From: Bacillota bacterium
GTDB taxonomy: Bacteria > Bacillota > PH28-bin88
DNA: 64,000 nt
Assembly: GCA_040757295.1 (NCBI GenBank)
Contig: JBFLXH010000006.1
Span: 23,300-87,299, forward strand
Direction: 5' to 3'
The notes beneath the pieces were generated by a model. That model saw only the letters and a program-made list of their open reading frames with translations, was not told the origin of the DNA and searched no databases. Position 1 is the stretch's first letter. Every line of letters starts with the position of its first letter. Positions 9,189 through 19,046 of the stretch are shown here, in pieces. A program made the position numbers and the translations under genes.

Positions 9189-10556
9189 GTGAAATTAAAA
9201 GTCAAACTAACCATTGCCATGGTTTTAGTTGCTTTGGCAGCAACTTTTATGGCGGCTACTACTTCAGGATTTGCCACCCGCAAGCTATTTGAGGACTATG
9301 TCTTACACCAGCGAGAGACCCGAATGGCCCAGTGGGAGGCGGTTTTTTCCGCCTATTATGGCCAGAACGCCAGCTGGGACCAGGTGCAAAACCTGCTCAA
9401 TTTTACCAGGGGAAGGGGGCGAGGCGCGGGATGGCGCCTGGGCGGTGAGCGAGTAGTATTGGCTGATATAGATGGACGGATAGTAGGGGATTCCGAGGTA
9501 TCCATGCTGGGAAAGATGATGGGAAGCGGGACTTTGGCTCAGGCGGTGCCCATTATGTGGGGCGAACGGAAGGTTGGTTATTTATTCCTGACATCACGAT
9601 CACGGGCTAACCAAGGATTGGCCAGTCTTGAACAGGAATTCCAAGCATCAGTTAACAAGGCCGTCAGGCGGGGCGGACTGGCGGCAGCCCTTTTGGCCGT
9701 AGGGCTTGGCATTGCATTTTCCGGCAGATTGACTTTTCCCCTGGTGAAACTTACAGAGGCGGCGAAAAAGTTAGCCGGAAAGGAGTTGTCCTGCCGGGTA
9801 GAAATAACCAGCAGGGATGAAATCGGAGAATTGGCGCAGGCCTTTAATGCCATGGCAGACAATTTAGAAAGGAATGAACGAATACGCCAAAACCTGGTGG
9901 CTGATGTTGCCCATGAGCTTCGTACACCTTTGGCCATCCTGCGAGGCAACCTGGAATCCCTGCAGGAAGGAGTGGTAGAGCCTACTCCAGCCATCCTGGC
10001 TTCTCTCCATGATGAAGTATTACGAATGTCCAGGCTTGTTTCGGATCTGCAAGAGTTGAGTTTGGTAGAGGCAGGAATACTACCTCTGCAATTACAGCCT
10101 GTTTTTTTGCATGAATTAGCGGAACAGGTGGGTATGCTTTTTGCTGCTGAAGCGGCAGCGAAGGAAGTAAGGCTTATTATTGATGTTTCCTCTGATTTAC
10201 CGCCTGCCCAAATTGACCGGGACCGCATCGCACAGGTGATGCTTAATCTCCTGGCTAATGCCCTGCGCTATACAAAGGCCGGAGGAAGCATTACCCTGTC
10301 AGCGGCAAGGGAAGGAGAGCGGCTCTGCTTGCAGGTAAAAGATACGGGTGTTGGGATAAAGGCTGAAGAGCTGCCCCATATTTTCGACCGGTTTTTCAGG
10401 GGGGACAAGTCCCGTTCCAGGGCTGAAGGCGGCGGCGGACTTGGCTTGGCTATCGCCAAGGGATTTGTGGAGGCTCATGGCGGAGAGATTTGGGCAGAGA
10501 GCTCCCTGGGAGAGGGCAGTACTTTTTATCTGACCCTACCGCTATTTAAGGAGTAA
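9189..10556 (+). CDS. sensor histidine kinase (TM-HAMP-HisKA-HATPase)
   Basis: H-box VADVAHELRTPLA and G-box GGGLGLAIAKG. The track start is TTG 9168. The in-frame GTG at 9189 sits 9 nt after the GGGGAGGA RBS. Confidence 0.9.
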   Translation: MKLKVKLTIAMVLVALAATFMAATTSGFATRKLFEDYVLHQRETRMAQWEAVFSAYYGQNASWDQVQNLLNFTRGRGRGAGWRLGGERVVLADIDGRIVGDSEVSMLGKMMGSGTLAQAVPIMWGERKVGYLFLTSRSRANQGLASLEQEFQASVNKAVRRGGLAAALLAVGLGIAFSGRLTFPLVKLTEAAKKLAGKELSCRVEITSRDEIGELAQAFNAMADNLERNERIRQNLVADVAHELRTPLAILRGNLESLQEGVVEPTPAILASLHDEVLRMSRLVSDLQELSLVEAGILPLQLQPVFLHELAEQVGMLFAAEAAAKEVRLIIDVSSDLPPAQIDRDRIAQVMLNLLANALRYTKAGGSITLSAAREGERLCLQVKDTGVGIKAEELPHIFDRFFRGDKSRSRAEGGGGLGLAIAKGFVEAHGGEIWAESSLGEGSTFYLTLPLFKE

Positions 10557-10682
10557 GTTTTAGGCGATAGGTTTTTCCTTTCAAAACAGAATTCCGGTTG
10601 CCCGGCTGTCACGGTTGGGCACTTTTTCTATTAGGAAGAAAAATTTCCTTATTTAAAGGAAGTTGCTCCCAGGGCAGCGAAT

Positions 10683-10996
10683 GTCTGGCGGAGGGTGCGA
10701 GGGGAAACGGTAGAAGATGCTAGCAGGAAATCAGGGATATTTGTGATGGCTTAAAGGCAAAGGACCCTGAATTTAATTATGAGCTTCGTGAAATAATGGG
10801 AGTTGGCCCTACCTTAGTTCCTACTGATACCAAAGTTGTAGAGGCTTTCTTGTCGGCTGGGGAAAGGGTGCTGGGCCAGGGCCGTTGATTCAAGCCCCTC
10901 AAAATGACGAGTATATGGCAAATAAAGGACCTCTTAACAGCAGTCAAGGTGATGGCCCTAGGGGCTATGGAGTTATTGGGCTTTAAAGAGGTTTAA
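10683..10996 (+). pseudogene. degraded C-terminal relic of an M20 (ArgE/DapE-type) peptidase
   Basis: Three frames together read ...VRGETVEDASR / EIRDICDGLKAKDPEFNYELREIMGVGPTLVPTDTKVVEAFLSAGERVLGQ / ...NDEYM / IKDLLTAVKVMALGAMELLGFKEV*. There are frameshifts, an internal stop and an internal deletion. The N-terminal two-thirds are absent. Confidence 0.55.
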
Positions 10997-11008
10997 GCCT
11001 AAATTAAT

Positions 11009-11218
11009 TTGGAGGTGGCTGAAATGAAAGAAGGGTTTGTCGAAGATCCCAGATACAAACAGGCTGCAAAGGAAGCAAAAATCGGCCTGGGACTATTCTT
11101 TTTGAATATCCTTTGGTGGTTTGGCTTCTGTGTTCAGGGGCCGGGTGCTAAACCGGCCGGCGGATGGAACCTTGCGGCCTGTTGCTACCAATATTATGAT
11201 CTACCCATAATAACATGA
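11009..11218 (+). CDS. small membrane protein, DUF997/YhdT-like N-terminus (possibly truncated)
   Basis: The ORF begins MKEGFVEDPRYKQAAKEAKIGLGLFFLNILWWFGF, which resembles YhdT-type small proteins. The C-terminal half looks non-native and no panF-type partner follows. Confidence 0.35.
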   Translation: MEVAEMKEGFVEDPRYKQAAKEAKIGLGLFFLNILWWFGFCVQGPGAKPAGGWNLAACCYQYYDLPIIT

Positions 11219-11242
11219 ACTATTCCTTTGGAGGTGAGTAGT

Positions 11243-12040
11243 ATGCCGCGTTTTGCCGCCAATCTAGGTTTTTTGTTTACGGAAGTCCCTTTTTTGCAGA
11301 GATTCGCTGCTGCAAGGGCAGCAGGTTTCTCTGCGGTGGAATTTCCTTACCCCTATGACTATGACCGGGAGGATTTGCTTAAAAGAATCGAGGAAAACAA
11401 ACTGGAGATAGTCTTGTTTAACCTGCCTCCTGGTAATTGGGAAGCCGGGGAAAGAGGAATAGCCAATGACCCCAGCCGGATAGAGGAATTCCGTGCCGGG
11501 GTGGAGGAAGCTATTAGCTGGGCCCTTGACCTGGGCAGCCGACGGATCAACTGCCTAGCGGGAAAAATAATCGATGGAGTATCTTTTGAGGAGCAATGGA
11601 AAACCCTTTCAAACAATATTAAGTATGCCGCGGAAAAATTGGGAGAGAAAGGGCTCCTTTTAACAATTGAGCCGATTAACAGGTTCGATATTCCTGGTTT
11701 CTTTGTAAATAAAATAGATGATGCCATCCGGCTCCTGGATGAAGTTAAAGCTAGCAATGCCTACATTCAATTTGATGTTTATCACGTGCAAAGAACCCAC
11801 GGAGAGCTAACCGGGCTTTTACGCCGTTATTTCTCCAGGGTTGGCCATATTCAGATCGCGGACAACCCAGGGCGGCATCAACCGGGAACCGGGGAGATAA
11901 ACTATAATTTCCTGTTAAGGGAAATGGACGCCCTTGGTTATAAAGACTATGTCTCCCTGGAGTATATCCCTCATCCGGACACCTTAGCTTCCCTGAATTG
12001 GATTAAGGAATATGGTGTAGGGCCGTTAGAAGAAGGATAG
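11243..12040 (+). CDS. hyi: hydroxypyruvate isomerase-like (xylose-isomerase-like TIM barrel) protein
   Basis: MPRFAANLGFLFTE... N-terminus and a YVSLEY C-terminal region typical of the Hyi/OtnI family. A GGAGGTG RBS precedes the ATG at 11243. Confidence 0.8.
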   Translation: MPRFAANLGFLFTEVPFLQRFAAARAAGFSAVEFPYPYDYDREDLLKRIEENKLEIVLFNLPPGNWEAGERGIANDPSRIEEFRAGVEEAISWALDLGSRRINCLAGKIIDGVSFEEQWKTLSNNIKYAAEKLGEKGLLLTIEPINRFDIPGFFVNKIDDAIRLLDEVKASNAYIQFDVYHVQRTHGELTGLLRRYFSRVGHIQIADNPGRHQPGTGEINYNFLLREMDALGYKDYVSLEYIPHPDTLASLNWIKEYGVGPLEEG

Positions 12041-12127
12041 CCCTTGAGCTAGTGTGAATTATAATCGCCTGTTCCGGGGTAAAATGTGGATTAACCAAAA
12101 AGATAATTTTTTAAGGGGGTGGGGGCC

Positions 12128-12772
12128 ATGGGTTTAAAAAAAGGTTTCCGAGTTTTGACACTCCTAATTGTTTTGGGGTGTCTGATGGTTTCCCTTGGCT
12201 GTTTACGCCGTTCGCCGGAACAAGCAAGACCGGGACAGAAAGCTCCGGCAAAGGAAGTTGCAGTGGAAACCTACCTCCCGTTAAAGCAAGGTAATTTCTG
12301 GGATTACCGGGGCGAGGGAAACGAGTATGCCGAGTATGACGACCGGGTTTTATTTAGAGAAGGTAACTTGGTCCAACTGAAAAGGGCGAATCCGGGGACA
12401 ACTCTGGCCGTTATCTACGAGGTAAAAGAGGACAGCATTACCAAAGTATATACCGAAGAGGAGTTTTACGAAGAAAGAAACATTCTTGCCTCCTTCAAGG
12501 AAAACCAGCGGGAGATTATTTTAAAAAGGCCGTTTACCCTGGGGACTACCTGGACCGTAGGTGAAAGGACTTATGAGATTATTGAAACCAATGCTACAGT
12601 AAACACCCCGGCAGGCAGTTTTAAGGACTGTATCAAAATCCGCTCTACCTTTAAGGATAGTGATCATCAAATATTCCAGTTTTACGCGCCGGAAGTGGGA
12701 ATGGTTAAATCCGAGTTTAGAGCCGGAGAGGCTTTGGTGGTATCTGATCTGAAGGAGTATAAACTCCAGTAA
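12128..12772 (+). CDS. hypothetical lipoprotein
   Basis: ORF with a signal peptide and Cys-containing lipobox-like sequences (VLGC / SLGC). It has an RBS and a downstream terminator. I recognise no family. Confidence 0.65.
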   Translation: MGLKKGFRVLTLLIVLGCLMVSLGCLRRSPEQARPGQKAPAKEVAVETYLPLKQGNFWDYRGEGNEYAEYDDRVLFREGNLVQLKRANPGTTLAVIYEVKEDSITKVYTEEEFYEERNILASFKENQREIILKRPFTLGTTWTVGERTYEIIETNATVNTPAGSFKDCIKIRSTFKDSDHQIFQFYAPEVGMVKSEFRAGEALVVSDLKEYKLQ

Positions 12773-12802
12773 ACCAGTAAATGAATAATTTTTTGGTAAG
12801 AC

Positions 12803-12836
12803 AGACCAGGGTTTTTGAGCCCTGGTCTTTCATTTT
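12803..12836 (+). terminator. intrinsic terminator
   Basis: AGACCAGGG-TTTTTGAG-CCCTGGTCT followed by TTCATTTT. Confidence 0.8.
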
Positions 12837-12869
12837 AACCCCTAAAACCTCATTTATGATAAAATAGGG

Positions 12870-13065
12870 GTAACTCAGGAGTCAGGAGTCAGAATGAGAG
12901 AACCGGCGAAAATATACTCGGCAAGGGGTAAAATTGCATTATCATAATGAAGCCGAGCATGAAATTCGCTTTCAGGCCACATTTTAATTAGCGGCCTCGC
13001 TCATTATAGCTTGTCATATTTTTTCATCCCTCTGATGGTGCCGCGATAAGCGGCGTGGGGGTCTG
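12870..13065 (+). repeat. hairpin-repeat family, composite locus (variant end module + unit A + degenerate left-end module)
   Basis: 12870-12922 is the inverted complement of 20364-20419. 12913-13008 is a unit A copy flanked by TATA. 13021-13060 weakly resembles the TIR-containing left end. Confidence 0.85.
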
Positions 13066-13116
13066 AATTCTGAATGCCTGAATAGTAACAAATAGGGATA
13101 TGTACTAGAAAAAGGT

Positions 13117-14967
13117 GTGAGAGAGATAAAACAGGAATTATATGGTGAAACATCAGGTGTTAAAGAGGAGGTTCTTAAAGAGCTGGAGAGCTGCTACCTC
13201 CTTGAGGTAGAGGGTACCAGTCTGATTTCAGAGGAACTAGCCCGAAAAATGGCCTGGGTTTCTGAATTGTTGGGGCGGGAAGTGGCCGTATATATAAACC
13301 GCCGGGGCAAGGTGGTGGCAGTTGCCCTGGGGGACCATAACAAGGTAGTTTTGCCCCATTTTGAGGGGCGGCGAAAGACAAAACGCCTGGCCGGGGTGCG
13401 GCTGGTTCATACTCACCCTGGAGGCAGCGGCATGCTTTCGGGTGTTGATTGGGCAGCCCTGGCTGCCTTGCAGTTTGATTGTATTGCCGCAATTGGAGTC
13501 CAGGATGGGAAGGCAAACGACATTTATGCAGGTTTTTGTCCGCCTGGCAGAGAATTTTCCGCGGAGGCCTGTTTGATCAAGGGGCCGTTAAGATTGGCGG
13601 ATTTAGAGCAGTTTAATCTCCTGGAAACTATTGAGGCTATAGAAAAACAGGCGCGCTCTGCCGGGGCAGCGCAACCAGCAGTAATAGAGGCAGCCGAACG
13701 GGTAGTGGTGGTTGCTCTAGCCCTGCCGCCGGAAAAAAACGGGGAGCTGCCGCCAGAGGAATCTTTGGCTGAACTGGTTCAGCTGGTTAAAGCTGCGGGA
13801 GCCACAGTGGTGGGTTCCTTTATGCAAAAGAAGAGCCGAATTGATGGGACGTATTTTATCGGCAAAGGATTTGCCGGGCAATTAAGTTTGCAGCTGCAGG
13901 AGCTTAGGGCAAACGTGCTGGTGGTAGACCACGAATTAACGGGCACCCAGATGCGCAACCTGGAGCAGTTAACCGGTGTACGGGTCTTGGACCGGACGGC
14001 AGTAATCCTGGATATCTTTGCTCAGCGGGCCCAAACCAGGGAAGGAAAACTTCAGGTAGAACTGGCCCAGCTGCGCTACAGGCTGCCCCGGCTGATGGGC
14101 CAAGGCGGAGCTTTGTCCCGCCTGGCTGGAGGAATCGGTACCAGGGGCCCGGGGGAAACAAAACTGGAAACTGACCGGCGGCATATTCGCCGCCGCATAA
14201 AGGAAATTGAGGAACAGCTGGTAGAAGTGGAAAGGCGCCGCTACGTCCAGCGGCATGGGCGCAAAGACATTCCTGCTGTGGCCCTGGTGGGTTATACCAA
14301 TGCAGGAAAGTCAACTCTAAGGTTCCGTCTCCTGCAGTCGGTCGGTAGCCAAGAAGCCAATTGGGAACTTGAAGACAGGGGTACTGACAGGCTTTTTGCT
14401 ACCCTTGATCCCACACTAAGGGGAATTACTCTTCCCGGGGGTCAGGAAGTGCTGGTTGCTGATACGGTCGGGTTTATTCATAAGCTCCCGCATCAGTTTG
14501 TCTCTGCGTTTAGGGCTACATTGGAAGAAGTACAGGAAGCGGACCTTTTACTGCATGTTATTGACGCCAGTAATCCTAGGTGGGAGGAACAGAAGAAAAC
14601 AGTGGAGGAGGTCTTGGCGGAATTAGGGGTTGCCGAAAGACCAAGAATTAACGTTCTGAACAAAATAGATTTATTAGCGTCAGGCGCAAGCCTGTTACCC
14701 CTGCCGGACGGCAATCCATGGGTCTCCATATCTGCTGCTCAAGGCACTGGGCTTGAGCAGCTCCTGCTGGAGATGGCCAATTTACTGCAGCAGGACAGCA
14801 GGCAGGTACAGCTGTTCATACCTTACCCCCAGGCGGGAGTACTAAATGAGCTTTATAAAACGGTACAAGTCATTTCTGTCAATTACCGGGAAGATGCGAT
14901 AGTTGTGGACGCAGTAGTATCTAACGATAAAATTGGGCGCTATCAGCCCTACCTCGATATTAATTAA
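13117..14967 (+). CDS. hflX: GTPase HflX (long form with N-terminal extension)
   Basis: 616-aa ORF with G1 GYTNAGKST, G3 DTVGFI and G4 NKID. The HflX N-terminal domain region carries the LQVELAQLRY motif. Confidence 0.93.
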   Translation: MREIKQELYGETSGVKEEVLKELESCYLLEVEGTSLISEELARKMAWVSELLGREVAVYINRRGKVVAVALGDHNKVVLPHFEGRRKTKRLAGVRLVHTHPGGSGMLSGVDWAALAALQFDCIAAIGVQDGKANDIYAGFCPPGREFSAEACLIKGPLRLADLEQFNLLETIEAIEKQARSAGAAQPAVIEAAERVVVVALALPPEKNGELPPEESLAELVQLVKAAGATVVGSFMQKKSRIDGTYFIGKGFAGQLSLQLQELRANVLVVDHELTGTQMRNLEQLTGVRVLDRTAVILDIFAQRAQTREGKLQVELAQLRYRLPRLMGQGGALSRLAGGIGTRGPGETKLETDRRHIRRRIKEIEEQLVEVERRRYVQRHGRKDIPAVALVGYTNAGKSTLRFRLLQSVGSQEANWELEDRGTDRLFATLDPTLRGITLPGGQEVLVADTVGFIHKLPHQFVSAFRATLEEVQEADLLLHVIDASNPRWEEQKKTVEEVLAELGVAERPRINVLNKIDLLASGASLLPLPDGNPWVSISAAQGTGLEQLLLEMANLLQQDSRQVQLFIPYPQAGVLNELYKTVQVISVNYREDAIVVDAVVSNDKIGRYQPYLDIN

Positions 14968-15148
14968 GGTTTTTCTAAAAGAAAAGAGAGGTTGGTTCCC
15001 TTTCTGTTGCCGAAGGAGACCACGAGGAGTATTTTGCTCCCCTGCAGTGGGAGGAGACAGGAACGCTCAAATATCAGAAACAAAACCACCAGGGTCAGTC
15101 AGAAACCATGACTCTTTCTTTGCAGTAAATAGCCGAAATCTTAACCAA

Positions 15149-15190
15149 TAATCCAGGTCCAATGACTGAGACCTGGATTATTTCTGTTTA
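15149..15190 (+). terminator. intrinsic terminator about 180 nt downstream of hflX
   Basis: TAATCCAGGTC-(10 nt)-GACCTGGATTA followed by TTTCTGTTT. Confidence 0.7.
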
Positions 15191-15297
15191 AAAAATGACA
15201 TTTTGTCAGGTAGAAAATGGCATACAGCAACTATTAAAAAAGTATATTTAACTGGCATGTATGAATACCAAGCGGCTAAAACTTACCAGCCAAAGGG

Positions 15298-16521
15298 GTG
15301 TTGCCAGTGCGAGCAGTATTATTCGTGGTTTTTTCAGTGTTTTTTTCTTTCGTATTGTTGACTGGATGCAACAACCCTCTGGAACCTTCGGCTGGCTTTG
15401 TTCTTATCAGCCAGGAAAAAAGCTGGACTTTTTCCCCAGGGGAAGTGGGGATCAGCTACAAAAAAAACAGTCAAGGCTTCCTGCGGGGGTACAGCTGGGA
15501 AGCGGTAATTGATCATAATAAGATGAACCAGATCCTGGTAAGGCTGTCCCAGGAGATAGATGTGCTGCCTGCTAGCGCCACTTTGGAACTGGGGGAGGAG
15601 GGCAAGTTTACCATCCACCCGTCGGCTGACGGGAAGCGGGTAAACCTACATGCTCTCAAAGAGTTACTGGAAGAAAAGGCCTTAACCGGCGGCTCTGTGG
15701 AGATTCCAGTGAAAAAGATACTGCCCGACGTATCCACGGCTGACCTGGAAGCGCTGTTACCTAAGGGATTGTTATCAACCTTTGCAACAGAATTCACCAA
15801 AATCGAGGGACGCACAGAGAATATCCGGCTGTCCAGCGAAGCTGTTAATGGCATGGTAATAGCCCCTGGCGAGACCTTCTCCTTTAACGAAACGGTAGGG
15901 AGAAGGGAGGTGGAAAGGGGTTATAAACCAGCAGCGGTAATCAGCGGCGGCCGCTTTTCGGCAGGACTTGGCGGTGGAGTTTGCCAGGTTTCTTCCACTT
16001 TATATAATGCACTCCTGCTGGCAGATATTGAGATTGTCGAGAGGTGGCCCCACAGCATAAAAGTTCCCTATCTCCCGGCGGGGAGGGACGCTACTGTATC
16101 CTGGGACATCCAGGATTTAAAGTTTAAAAACAACACCGGCGGCTATCTGGTTATTAACAGCTCCATCGAGGGGCAGAAACTTACCTTTTCAATTTACGGC
16201 AATACCGACCATACGGCCGGAAAAAGGATCGAAGTTAAGACCGAAGTGCACCAGGTAATTGAACCGCCGATGAAAACTGTTCAGGACCCCGGTTTGCCTC
16301 CGGGAAAGAAGGTTGTTGAGGGCGGGCAGAAGGGCTATAAAACCAGCACATACCTGGTAATTACCAAAGACGGCGAAAAAGAAGAGCGGAAGCTTTCTCA
16401 AGATTATTACCGTCCGGTGGCCGGCCAGGTGCGCATCGGCTCAGGGCAGCAAGGGTCCGCACCTTTGGAGGCCAAAAGGGACCACCCAGAGACATCGGTC
16501 CCTGAAGAAGGCGCAGGTTAA
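15298..16521 (+). CDS. VanW family protein (lipoprotein, C-terminal G5-like region)
   Basis: 407-aa ORF with an LLTGC lipobox and the VanW core GGGVCQVSSTLYNA. Confidence 0.88.
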   Translation: MLPVRAVLFVVFSVFFSFVLLTGCNNPLEPSAGFVLISQEKSWTFSPGEVGISYKKNSQGFLRGYSWEAVIDHNKMNQILVRLSQEIDVLPASATLELGEEGKFTIHPSADGKRVNLHALKELLEEKALTGGSVEIPVKKILPDVSTADLEALLPKGLLSTFATEFTKIEGRTENIRLSSEAVNGMVIAPGETFSFNETVGRREVERGYKPAAVISGGRFSAGLGGGVCQVSSTLYNALLLADIEIVERWPHSIKVPYLPAGRDATVSWDIQDLKFKNNTGGYLVINSSIEGQKLTFSIYGNTDHTAGKRIEVKTEVHQVIEPPMKTVQDPGLPPGKKVVEGGQKGYKTSTYLVITKDGEKEERKLSQDYYRPVAGQVRIGSGQQGSAPLEAKRDHPETSVPEEGAG

Positions 16522-16569
16522 AGAGTCCTTGAGGTCTTTGTAAAAAGGCGGAGGTAAAACCAAAAGTGG

Positions 16570-17553
16570 TTAGTCCAAAGGATCTTTTTCGAGAAACAAC
16601 CATGGGTTGACGAAGACAGGGCCCACACTGATGGTCCAGTGGAGGTGGGGACCGGTAGAAAAACCAGTAGAGCCGACCTCCCCGATAATATCCCCTTTTT
16701 CAACCAAAGTGCCTTTTTCTACCAAGAGCCGGTCGAGGTGAGAATAGGCGCTGTAAAGGTTCAGCCCGTGGTCAATAATGACGGTTTTGCCTACCACATT
16801 TAGGGACTTAGACAGGGTAACCAGCCCCCTGTTGGTCGCTTTAATGGGGGTTCCTGTGGGGGCTGCTATATCAATGCCGGAATGCCTACCTGATTCCACA
16901 TTGTTGATATAGCGGATAACCCCAAATTCGGTAGAGATTCTTCCTTCTACAGGCATTAAAAAGGCGCCTTGCCACAGAGGTATTGCTGCTGTTGCTGACT
17001 TAGCCCTGGCAATATGGACGCGGTCTTCTTGCCAGAGCTTGTCACTGCGCTGGACTTGTTGTGCTTGGGTAACTCGTAGGAACTGGGTTGGGAATTTTTT
17101 TGCAGTTACTTGGATATTCTCCCGTGCATCCAGGAGCGTTTCACCGTTCCTGGATAGTTTAACTTGAACATAATACTCCCCGGGGACGGTGCGGTAGTTT
17201 ACTCCCACAACAGCCATCTTGCCGGCGGGATAGTCAAAAAAGAGGGGGTTCTTTTCGGCAAAAGAGGTGTGAAACTCCAGGTCATCACCCTCAGCAGCAT
17301 GATCAAGGTAGAGGATGAAAAAATCCCCTGGTGCAATAGTGGCGGTAGAAAGGCGTAAAACAGGCAGTACAGGGCTTTTGTCCAGAGATTTTGTTTTATC
17401 CGGTTGATCATTCTGGCTTGTTTGGACCTTGTTTTGATCTGGCGGTTCCTTGGGGACAGCAAAACATCCCGTCACAAGGGATAAAAGTGCAAGCAACAAG
17501 ATAAGAAAAACAAACAGCGAAAGGCGGTGCGGTGGGTGCTGGCCTTTACGCAA
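16570..17553 (-). CDS. M23 family metallopeptidase (lipoprotein)
   Basis: 327-aa ORF with an LVTGC lipobox and the LytM-type motifs GRHSGIDIAAP and GPHLHW. Confidence 0.92.
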   Translation of the reverse strand: MRKGQHPPHRLSLFVFLILLLALLSLVTGCFAVPKEPPDQNKVQTSQNDQPDKTKSLDKSPVLPVLRLSTATIAPGDFFILYLDHAAEGDDLEFHTSFAEKNPLFFDYPAGKMAVVGVNYRTVPGEYYVQVKLSRNGETLLDARENIQVTAKKFPTQFLRVTQAQQVQRSDKLWQEDRVHIARAKSATAAIPLWQGAFLMPVEGRISTEFGVIRYINNVESGRHSGIDIAAPTGTPIKATNRGLVTLSKSLNVVGKTVIIDHGLNLYSAYSHLDRLLVEKGTLVEKGDIIGEVGSTGFSTGPHLHWTISVGPVFVNPWLFLEKDPLD

Positions 17554-17842
17554 AAATCATCTTCCTTTCTAGCCAGTATAACTTTATTATAATATGCAAT
17601 TCCGGCCCGTAAAATTAAGTCATGGTAATAATTGCAAGAATGAGCAAAATTTATTCACGTCGCATTTACAGCGCCAGGCACTCCTGCACTGCAGGATCCC
17701 ATCACCAAGCCGGGTGCTGCCCCGTTTCAGTTGCTTGCCTGCTAACCTGGTAGAAAGTAACCGGAAACTTTTAATTAATAATAAAAAGAAGCCCTCCAAG
17801 GGAAGAAAAACCCTCAGAGGACTTTAATGATTTTATGAGGCC

Positions 17843-18634
17843 CTAAATCAGGGCTTCCTTGGTTCCGGCAATTAGTCCTTTCATTGCCCCGGCGATGACT
17901 GTGGTGGCCATGATAGGCATGAAGCGGGCGCCAAGGGCAGCAAACTTATGGAATTCTTCTTTGCTGGTGATCAGAACCCCCGGAGTGATGCCTGCCGCGG
18001 CAATCCGTTTCAGGCAATCGGCAATAGTAGCCTGTACCTCCGGGTGGCCTGGGTTGCCGGGATAACCCATGGATACCGAGAGGTCCGACGGGCCAACAAA
18101 TAAGACGTCAATGCCTTTCACTGTTAATATGGCATCCAAGTTTTTTACGGATTCAACAGTCTCAATATGGGTGATTACAACAGTATGCTCATTGGAAGCA
18201 TGAATATGTCCCGGCCCCCCGAAAAATCCATATCCTCCTGCCCGAGTAGAGTAGGCCACGCCCCGGTTGCCCGCCGGTGGAAATTTGACGGCATCTACTA
18301 CTAATCTGGCCTGTTCTGCCGTGTTGACCTGGGGTACCTGGACACCGGAGGCGCCGACATCAAGGGTTCTCAGAATTTCCTGCGGGTTGGCACCGGAAAC
18401 CCGCACCAGGGGGACAATCCCGGCGCAGCGGGCCGCCCGGATCATGTGCTCTGTTGTTTCAATTCCACCTGGGCCGTGTTCATTATCAATGATTACGAAG
18501 TCAAAATTGGCGTGCCCCGCCATTTCTACCAGGGCAGGGCTGGTAATGCCGGTAAAGAAACCAATCAGGGGGCGGTTCTCCCGGAGGTACCCGCGGAAGC
18601 GGGCGTCAAATACTGTCAACTCTTTCATCTCCAA
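17843..18634 (-). CDS. HpcH/HpaI family aldolase
   Basis: 263-aa ORF with DFVIIDNEHGP and DVLFVGPSDLS motifs of the HpcH/HpaI (2,4-dihydroxyhept-2-enedioate aldolase-like) family. Confidence 0.88.
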   Translation of the reverse strand: MEMKELTVFDARFRGYLRENRPLIGFFTGITSPALVEMAGHANFDFVIIDNEHGPGGIETTEHMIRAARCAGIVPLVRVSGANPQEILRTLDVGASGVQVPQVNTAEQARLVVDAVKFPPAGNRGVAYSTRAGGYGFFGGPGHIHASNEHTVVITHIETVESVKNLDAILTVKGIDVLFVGPSDLSVSMGYPGNPGHPEVQATIADCLKRIAAAGITPGVLITSKEEFHKFAALGARFMPIMATTVIAGAMKGLIAGTKEALI

Positions 18635-18690
18635 TCTACGATGTTTGCTTTGTGCTAGACCAGTTCTACAATTAGTTCTTTTTTCCTGCT

Positions 18691-18870
18691 TTAATTCTCT
18701 CCGCAGAACTCCAGAATGGAATTTGCCACAATTTCCGCGGCTGAAATAACACTGGGGAAATCAACATATTCTGCCGAGGCATGCAGCCCCTCCCCTTTTG
18801 GGCCAAAGATAACCGTGGGAATCCCGGCTCCAGCCAAAATGGCAGAGTCCATCCACCCGCTGAAGCCAAT
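18691..18870 (-). pseudogene. 5'-truncated C-terminal relic of a second M20 peptidase
   Basis: Reverse translation gives IGFSGWMDSAILAGAGIPTVIFGPKGEGLHASAEYVDFPSVISAAEIVANSILEFCGEN*. This is the M20 C-terminal block only. Homology stops at 18870. Confidence 0.6.
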
Positions 18871-19046
18871 TAGGTAGAGGTATAATTGGAGTTTTTAGCA
18901 AAGAGAGCAATTCCGGAACAAATAGGGTTAAAGGTCTAAAACCTGCTTAAACGACTTGAGACCGCGCCTTTTTAAAATTGCTCCCTTAGACTTTCTTTGT
19001 TAAAGTAAATTCGTAAAGAACAATAGGTGTATAGGAGATTTGCCAC

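Noticed and set aside
14990-15080. A glycine-riboswitch-like string (GCCGAAGGAGAC ... GGGAGGAGACAGG) downstream of hflX.
   Set aside because: Only a partial resemblance to CACCGAAGGGGCAA. The CTCAGGCAAAAGGAC half and the P1 pairing are absent. The downstream gene (VanW) has no link to glycine metabolism.
10683-18870. The two M20 peptidase fragments, on opposite strands 8 kb apart, looked like two halves of one gene split by an inversion. The first ends ...ERVLGQ and the second begins IGFSGWMD.
   Set aside because: Each fragment carries its own C-terminal end and stop codon: ...IKDLLTAVKVMALGAMELLGFKEV* at 10996 and ...AEIVANSILEFCGEN* at 18691. They are therefore remnants of two different genes, and no shared breakpoint sequence is visible.
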